DNA of 63,553 nucleotides, counting the filler, from Octopus bimaculoides (Eukaryota), in the NCBI RefSeq assembly GCF_001194135.2. It is 5 parts of 5 records of this genome, joined end to end, with 100 filler letters (N's around TTAATTAATTAA, not from the genome) between each part and the next. Parts side by side here need not be neighbours in the genome. Positions count along the whole stretch, not along the records: positions 62,084 to 63,553 come from NW_026396232.1; 4 more parts are not named here. One strand, given 5' to 3'. The position numbers and the translations under genes were made by a program. The notes beneath the pieces are model-generated. The model was not told where the DNA came from, did no database searches, and was given only the letters and a program-made list of their open reading frames with translations. Below, one piece after another: positions 63,046-63,553 of this stretch; position 1 is the first letter of the stretch; each line of letters opens with the position of its first letter.

Positions 63046-63553
63046 AAACCTATTATTAAATTATCATTAATGAAAATAGAGGCGAGGGAGAATGAGAGAC
63101 TTGCAAATAAAAACGTAAAATGTTGCCTGCAGCGTATTAACAGTGTTTATTAGTAAATATTAAAATCTACTCCGCAGTTAATGTAATGAATATTTAAATT
63201 TGTGAGAATTTTGAGTCAAAAACATTCAATTAACTTCAGAATTCGAAATTATAGGCAATTTTTTAGAACACGACTATAAAAAAAACATTTTCAGACGGTC
63301 AAGCTTTTAATATTGCTTTCCTTTAGTACTTTTAGTAAATGTTACATACATAATTAATAAGCAGCCTTCTTCATTGTTGTATATATATAAATATATGAAG
63401 CAAATACATAACAAGGATATTCATCCAGGTTTCAGTGCATCATGAGCGTTTCAAGCGGCTCCATTTAATCGATCAATGCAAACATAACATCAGTTTGAAA
63501 TTAACCGCTCTCCTCGGAGCATACGTCCATATATATATATTTCTATGGGTATA

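Overview
AT-rich, microsatellite-dense animal genomic DNA with scaffold gaps. The repeat families look cephalopod, probably Octopus; this is an inference, not verified. The only host gene I can support is a SERCA-type P2A Ca2+-ATPase on the minus strand. I traced 19 exons by hand from 24783 down to 2196; 18 of them make one reading frame of about 2414 nt (about residues 109-914, from [14 protein letters not shown] to IEMLNALNS). Exons for the N-terminus and for M9-M10 were not found in the window. Two features of the gene stand out. (1) The 134-nt exon for the luminal L7-8 loop and helix M8 is present twice (4855-4988 and 2196-2329). The copies are intact, about 67% identical at the DNA level, identical in M8 protein sequence and different in the luminal loop, which is the pattern of mutually exclusive exons. 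(2) The frame closes only if intron 11289-12345 is read as a minor-spliceosome (U12) AT-AC intron, with 5' site ATATCCTTTG, branch site TTCCTTGAC and 3' site TTAC. The rest is intronic or intergenic DNA containing three tRNA-headed SINE families, RTE LINE fragments, R4/Dong-like fragments and a Penelope-like GIY-YIG fragment stacked in (TAA)n tracts, a mariner relic and minisatellites. Repeat coordinates are approximate; exon coordinates were counted to the base.
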